A stretch of DNA of 64,000 nucleotides from Dudresnaya verticillata (lineage: Eukaryota). Shown here in pieces: positions 58,245 through 64,000 of the stretch. The first letter of the stretch is position 1, and every line of letters begins with the position of its first letter. The notes below the pieces were generated by a model, which made no database searches, was not told where the DNA came from, and saw only the letters and a program-made list of their open reading frames with translations. The translations under genes were made by a program, and so were the position numbers. Location of the stretch: positions 1,116,001 to 1,180,000 of the forward strand of contig OZ374558.1 of NCBI GenBank assembly GCA_977862235.1. Direction: 5' to 3'.

Positions 58245-60599
58245 ATGCCGCCGCCGCCGCGCAAGCCCACCGCCGCCACGCGCCTCGTGCGCCGCGTCGT
58301 CACCACCGTCACCGAGGAGTTCTTCGAGGAGCCGGTCGCGCCGCCGGCGCAGCCCAAGCAGAAGCGGAGCACGCCCGCCGCCGCCGCCGCGCCCAAGCGC
58401 AGCGCGAAGAAGCAGCCCAAGCGCGAGCCGGTCGCCGCTGCGCCCGCTGCGCCCGCTGCGCCCGCGCGGCCGAGCGCTGCCAAGAGGCCGTCGCCCAAGG
58501 CCGCCAGCGCTGGCGCCCCGCCCAAGCGCAGGAAGCCCGCCGCGGGGAAGCCGTCGGCTGCCGGTGCTGGCGCGGCAAGGCCAAAGCCAAAGGTAAAGGC
58601 GGCTGCTTCTGCTGCCAAGCCGTCAGCGAAGGGCAAGCGCAAGGTCGCGGCCACATCTGCCAAACCCGCTGGTGCCGGTGCCGCGCAGACCACCGCCGCC
58701 GTCGCCGTAAAGCGCGCAGCCACGCCGGCTGCAAAGCGGAAGGCCGCCGCTGCGCCGAACAACCCGTCTGTGACTCGCAAGCTGAAGCCGGCGGCTACGA
58801 TTGTGAAGAAGAAGGCTGCCACTGCTGCGAAGAAGGGCACCACTGCTGCGAAGAAGGGCACCACTGCTGCGAAGAAGGGCAACACTGCTGCGAAGAAGAG
58901 CACCACTGCTGCGAAGAAGGCCACCGCTGCTGCGAAGCGCGCCAAGCCGACTGCGCCCCGCCGCGCGAGTGCCTCTACGCCCGCGTCTGCGCGCGCTCGA
59001 GCTGCTCTGCCCGCCCCATGGGCGCCGCTGTCGCTCGCACATTCCGCCGCCGCCGCGGCCGCCCCGGCTCGCTCAACTCCTGCTCCGCTCTGCAACCCTA
59101 TGCTCCTCTGGCGCCAAAGTGCCGCCCACGACGTCGCCACATCTGCTTGGCCAGACGCTTCCAAAGGGGGTGCGGGAGCCCTCGGCCTTGGCGATGGCGA
59201 CGCGCTGCCGCCTTTGGTGCATCCGTCCCTGCTGTCCGCGACGCCCGCGCCGCCGCCGTCCCAAGCGCAAGTCGTGCCTCCCGGCCTGGGCGACGGCTTG
59301 GCTCGGACTGTCGCCCGATTCAAACGCACGAGCCGTCCGGTCGCAAGGCCGATGAAGAGCACGGCTCGGAAGACTGGCCGTAGTACTTTGAACGCAGGCG
59401 CCGCATCTTCGTCGGCCACGCCTGCCTCTGGTGGCATATGGGAGGTCACGCACGAGACGGGATACATCCCCGACGGCTTTCATTCGTTCCAAGCGCCGAC
59501 GAAGCGAGACATCGGCCTCTTTGGCAGCCGTACAGAAGCCGTGCAGAGAGGGCAGCAGGCGGTTGGTAGCGAGGTTGGCTGGGAGTGGGCAGAGGTACGC
59601 ACCGACGGTGACTTTAAGGTCTTGGTTGACACGGATGATCGGTGGGAGGTCGATTGGAGTCCACCCGACTCTGAGTACTCACGAGTCGTAGCGCGTCGCT
59701 TGGGCGGTGCGACGAGCGTACCTGCGAATCAGTCATCGGCGGCGGGCACGGCCAAGCTATCTCCACAGTTGGCTCGGAGGACTTTCGGTATGGCGGGCTC
59801 GGCTAGTGTGGCGCGGAGTGCTGCCAATGCGGAGAACCGCCCGCCCGCTGGATACGCCCGGCGCATGAAGCGGACAGCGCGCAAGAGCTTGGATGTGGGA
59901 ACGGCTCCGGGGGCCAGGCTGCAGAACGCCATCGCGGCGGCATCTTCGGCTGGTAACGACGGCCAAGTGTGGGACCTGGTGCATGAGACCGGGTTTCCGC
60001 CGGATGGATTCCACTCATACATGGAGCCGGAGTTGGAGGAAATAGGGTCTTTTGGCAGCCGTGATGCTGCGATCGGCAAGGGCAATAAGCTGGTGGGCAA
60101 GGAGGTCGGGTTTTCGTGGAAGGAAGTGCAGGATCGCGATTTCAAAGTGGTGAAGGACACCAGCGACCGTTGGGAGGTATGCTGGAACCCTCCCGACTCT
60201 CCGTTTTCACGCGTTGTGGCGCGGCGCTTCAACACAAGGCAGGGACGGTGGATTGTGGATGTCAAGCACAGCGGTACGTACTTGTCAACCTGCAGAAAGT
60301 GCTTTGGGCCTTTCCTGAACAGGGACGAGGCCGTGGTGAAGGGGAAACAGCAAGTGGGAGATGTGTGCGGCTTTTCGTGGAAGAAAGTTGCTATAGATGG
60401 ACATGTGAAGATTTTGGTTGATAGTCCGTCAAGGTGGGAAGTTCAGTGGAGTTATCCCGGCGCTGAGTCCCATGTCGTTGCGAGGCGTTTGCCCGACCCG
60501 GGAGTTGACACAGTGGAGTCTTCAGATGGGGAAGAGGATTCTGAGGAGGGTGGATATGATGACGACTCGGCGTTTGGTGGATACGTGATGCCGTTTTGA
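58245..60599 (+). CDS. 784-aa protein: Lys/Ala/Pro-rich H1-like N-terminus, H3-tail-like motifs, three ~85-90 aa Trp-rich repeats, acidic C-terminus
   Basis: caacATG start in a GC-rich island; uninterrupted frame; internal repeats W..HETG...GSR..A...G...VG..W.EV...FKV..D..DRWEV.W.PP.S..SRVVARR. Confidence 0.88.
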   Translation: MPPPPRKPTAATRLVRRVVTTVTEEFFEEPVAPPAQPKQKRSTPAAAAAPKRSAKKQPKREPVAAAPAAPAAPARPSAAKRPSPKAASAGAPPKRRKPAAGKPSAAGAGAARPKPKVKAAASAAKPSAKGKRKVAATSAKPAGAGAAQTTAAVAVKRAATPAAKRKAAAAPNNPSVTRKLKPAATIVKKKAATAAKKGTTAAKKGTTAAKKGNTAAKKSTTAAKKATAAAKRAKPTAPRRASASTPASARARAALPAPWAPLSLAHSAAAAAAPARSTPAPLCNPMLLWRQSAAHDVATSAWPDASKGGAGALGLGDGDALPPLVHPSLLSATPAPPPSQAQVVPPGLGDGLARTVARFKRTSRPVARPMKSTARKTGRSTLNAGAASSSATPASGGIWEVTHETGYIPDGFHSFQAPTKRDIGLFGSRTEAVQRGQQAVGSEVGWEWAEVRTDGDFKVLVDTDDRWEVDWSPPDSEYSRVVARRLGGATSVPANQSSAAGTAKLSPQLARRTFGMAGSASVARSAANAENRPPAGYARRMKRTARKSLDVGTAPGARLQNAIAAASSAGNDGQVWDLVHETGFPPDGFHSYMEPELEEIGSFGSRDAAIGKGNKLVGKEVGFSWKEVQDRDFKVVKDTSDRWEVCWNPPDSPFSRVVARRFNTRQGRWIVDVKHSGTYLSTCRKCFGPFLNRDEAVVKGKQQVGDVCGFSWKKVAIDGHVKILVDSPSRWEVQWSYPGAESHVVARRLPDPGVDTVESSDGEEDSEEGGYDDDSAFGGYVMPF
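58809..58934 (+). repeat. Six 21-bp coding repeats (KKGTTAA)
   Basis: aagaagggcaccactgctgcg and variants in tandem. Confidence 0.93.
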
Positions 60600-63212
60600 T
60601 TGTTGCCGGTACTGCCACTACAACGCGCTACTGAGCACTGAAACATGTTCGACGATAGCAAAGACGCCTTGCCGTGTTCAGACCATCGAGTCATTTTAAA
60701 CACTTCCGTACCGCAGGATCTCCCGTTAACCGCAGTGGTCGTCGAGAGCGCTTTCTGCTTCCCGATCATCTCTCAAAGCAATCTCAGCCGGGCGATCACC
60801 CTGTGGAGCGACTCTATCGATTGCGCGGCCGTTTCTTCGAGACCTTGACTTCTTTGGACGAGGGAAAACCTCCGCGGCGTCGCCGGGCACGACGCAAAAC
60901 GCACACAGGGCGTCGCAACGCTTCAGACAGCTCCACTCGATCTCCATCCACGCTCGCCGAAACAACATCTAGCCGCGGATACGGCATTCGCGCTACACGC
61001 GAGCCGGAAGCGTCCCCAACCGCCCCCGCGACGGGCCGTTCGAGCAAGCACCGGCCACGGCGTGCGCGCCGCGCACATGATATGCGCGCGCGGCCACGCC
61101 CAACGATACGCGGAGCGCGGCGGTATCGCCGCTCGAGCGCGCGCGCCCGCGTCGGCAGCGGGACTTCAGTGCCCCCGCTTCGCCTCGCGCGCAGCGGCGG
61201 CGGTCGAGTTCGGCGTCGGGGTTTGCGTTCGGCGGCCGCGCTTGGACGGCATGCGGTTCGGGACGCGCACGCGCGGCTCGGCGCGACGCCGCGGCGGTCC
61301 GCTGCGGCACACACGCGCGTTTGGTATGGCTCGCAGCGCTCCGCCCTCGTTCGCGTCAACGACGATGCGGCGATACGGAACAGCTGGCACCGAAGCGGCG
61401 CGGGCACGGACGGGGCTGGCTTCTGGTTCTGGCTGTTCTCCCGCGGGCACGGCATCCGCCCGTTCCGCGCACGGCGGGCGCGCGGCGTGCACGGCGCGCA
61501 TCGTGCGGCGCGCGCGGCGGGTCGGAGTTGAGCAGCGCAAGTAAGGTGAGGCCGTTCTCGCGTGACGTAACTGCGCGATCTGCGGACGGTTCCATTGTTG
61601 GGCGCGTGCGTGAGGGCAGCTGGTGCGTAAGCGTCGATCGCCGGCGGCGCCAAGCGCTGCCATCTTTCTGCCGTCCTACCGATTGAACATCACAACAAAC
61701 TTGCGGGTTGCTCCCCAAAAGACGCCGCCTTCAAGCAACCAGGAACAGCCGAACGTCCCCCGACACGGCGACGGCCCTCTTCTTCGCAACGCGCGCGACT
61801 CGCGATTGCCACGCCCGGCCACAGACGCGCGCGCGGGCAGCAGCGCGGAGCGCGGGGCGCCGGCTCGCCACCGTCGCAGTCGCGCCGGTCGCACGCGCAG
61901 GTGCGGCGGCGCGTGCGCGCAGGGCTGCGCGCGGCTCTTCCGCGCCTTGGCCGTCTCCGTCTGCGAGCGCATCGAACGCGACCTGCGGCGGCGCGTGCGC
62001 GAGCGCGTGCGCGCCAGGCAGCAGAACAAGGAGCTGCGCGGCGTCGCCGCGGTCGAGCGGCGAGAGCTGCGCGGCAAGCGGCGGCGGCGAGGAAGCGGGA
62101 CGGCGGCGATGGGGACCGCGACGGTGGCGGCGGCGGTGTTGGAGTCAATTTTATGTGATTTAAGGGCGCCAGCGGTGCTGCGATGGAGGCGGTCGAAACG
62201 CTGTCCATTGCTCGAGCGGGACTTGACGGTTTAGTGCAAGGGCTCCGTGCCGTTCTCTTGTCGCGTACGCGTTAAGGAGAGCGGACACGCTCGGCCATCA
62301 GCACGGTCAGCTTCCAAACTTCCTTTGGGCGACGACCCTATCTCTCTGAGGATGGAATGATACGGCGCTGGACTTGGAGACCGCCACGGCAGTGATGAGC
62401 CGCGTCGCGATGGGCAAAGTCGAAAAACTTGTTACGACGGCGTGAGCCAGTCGATCGTTCCAGTCGCCCACAACCAGTTGTGCCACACAACCGTCGCGGC
62501 TTTTGCTTGGTGAGGCGCTGTAGCAGGCATGTCCGCAACTCTACACGGTACATTGTATACATTCCGGGGCTGTCAAGAGGCCCACCGCTGCATACGTGAC
62601 TTCGGGCCGAATACATGAAGCTCTTGTCGGTCTACCATCTGCTTCGGTACACAATCGTGCGCGTCGTTCGAAGAAAAGCAAATGTCAGATAGCCCCGCTT
62701 CCTGACGGCGTTCAAGCGTTGTTTCATTCTGCGCGCAATGTTTATCACACACATAACCCATACATCTGAAAGCGTCATGACTTTGCTGTTGGCTAGCTCT
62801 CTCGCATTGACACCTACGCGCCAGTGCCAAGAACGGTCCAATTGTGCAAACATCGGAAATGGTTGGTCTATGATCGGCCCTCTGCTCGACGATTCCGCTC
62901 TTCCGCCGCGCAGACGGTGTCGAAAGCAAGGCCCATACCGCGCACGTCAAACAGAAGAAAATCCATACAAAGGGACCGCAGCCTGCAAAGTGCGCCTACG
63001 TCAGCATTCCGCACTCCACAACCTGAAACTGCTCACCGATTGTCTCCCCCTTTTCCAGAACACGCCTCCATTGCGTCCGTCTTCTCTGCACGAATTGTCT
63101 CGATCTACCCTGAGCAAGCGTACGGAACGCGATCACTCCAGTTGACTCCCCGCAACAACTTCTTCCCGCTCTTGGCAGTCGTTGAGCTGTTGTCGCCTCC
63201 ATCACCAGCATC

Positions 63213-63842
63213 ATGTCCCACACAGTCTTCTCCACCATGTTGTTCCTCGTCGCGTTCACGGTCTCCAGTAATGCGCTCTTCAATGAGAAGCGTTCCAGTT
63301 CCAAGGTTTCCCGCAAGCACAAGTGCCAGACCCAGGCTCCGCTCATCTGCTCCGTCGTACCGACGGCTGGATACAACACTACTGGCACCGTCACGTTCAA
63401 GCCTGTTTTCATCAAGAAGAATCCCCTCTTCATGAAGAAGAACGGCGGCTTCCGTCGGTGCGTTGTGCATGTTGTCGCCAAGATCTCGGGGCTCACCCCA
63501 GGCCGTCATGGCTTCCACATCCACACGTTCGGAGACATTCTCAAGTCGGACGGCACTAGCACTGGCGGGCACTTTCTCAACCTGGATGGAACCCAAGTTT
63601 CGCACGGGTTCCCTCTCAATACCAAACATCACTGGGGCGATCTCGGCAATCTTGGTGCGAACGCTGCAGGAACGGCGTGGTACAACCGCATTGACCGCGT
63701 TATTACTCTGCAGGGAGTTGTTGGCCGCGGCATGACGCTTCACGCAGATGAGGACAAAGGGCGCAATTCCCAGCCGACTGGGGGCGCTGGAGCGAGGATC
63801 GGATTTTGCGTGATCGGATTCGCCAACCCCGACCTGTTGTAA
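63213..63842 (+). CDS. Cu/Zn superoxide dismutase with N-terminal signal peptide
   Basis: HGFHIH, GGHF, SHGFP, HWGDLGN, GRGMTLHADED, GGAGARIGFCVIG; hydrophobic MLFLVAFTVSSNA; the start may be 63237 (ccaccATG). Confidence 0.95.
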   Translation: MSHTVFSTMLFLVAFTVSSNALFNEKRSSSKVSRKHKCQTQAPLICSVVPTAGYNTTGTVTFKPVFIKKNPLFMKKNGGFRRCVVHVVAKISGLTPGRHGFHIHTFGDILKSDGTSTGGHFLNLDGTQVSHGFPLNTKHHWGDLGNLGANAAGTAWYNRIDRVITLQGVVGRGMTLHADEDKGRNSQPTGGAGARIGFCVIGFANPDLL

Positions 63843-64000
63843 CTACTCTTCATCCAGTGCTCGGCCATTTCTAAGGGTGGCCCAAACTATCTAGACTTGA
63901 GGAGCACAGCGCTCAGAGGGAGAGCTTTTCGTTAGAAACATTGCACGGGACACTGCCTGGCAAGTGTGACTGCACATATGTAGATACTATTCGCAAACAT

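Noticed and set aside
57806..59467. 553-aa minus-strand ORF and 664-aa plus-strand ORF 57389..59383
   Set aside because: Shadow frames of the GC-rich 58245 gene.

Overview
Eukaryotic, repeat-rich and gene-sparse nuclear DNA with essentially intron-free genes that have very GC-rich 5' ends. A red alga (florideophyte type) is my inference from gene style, the fused Ole1-type desaturase and the C2H2 finger style; it is not proven. Recognisable genes: delta-9 acyl desaturase with C-terminal cytochrome b5 (31165..32472), a secreted Cu/Zn superoxide dismutase (63213..63842), a 4-finger C2H2 protein plus a head-to-head frameshifted C2H2 pseudogene, a protein with a U1/matrin-type zinc finger, a multi-pass membrane protein and a 726-aa unknown. 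Much of the rest is a graveyard of non-LTR retrotransposons: one 5'-truncated but uninterrupted CRE/RLE-type element with a perfect 10-bp TSD (54217..56736), more than ten fragments of related subfamilies, a second LINE family, two solo LTRs, a long-TIR element and a tRNA-Gly/LINE chimeric SINE-like insert. Best candidates for new biology: (1) a ~6.3-kb palindrome whose arms are most similar around two divergent copies of a secreted 4-Cys NCR-like peptide gene; (2) a 784-aa protein combining an H1-like Lys/Ala region, two histone H3 K4-K9 tail mimics, three copies of an unrecognised Trp-rich domain and an acidic tail; (3) a 22-aa CYSTM-like micropeptide behind a textbook promoter; (4) a 31-aa tandem-repeat protein whose frame is supported by synonymous variation. 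All alignments and boundaries were read by eye; no searches were run.
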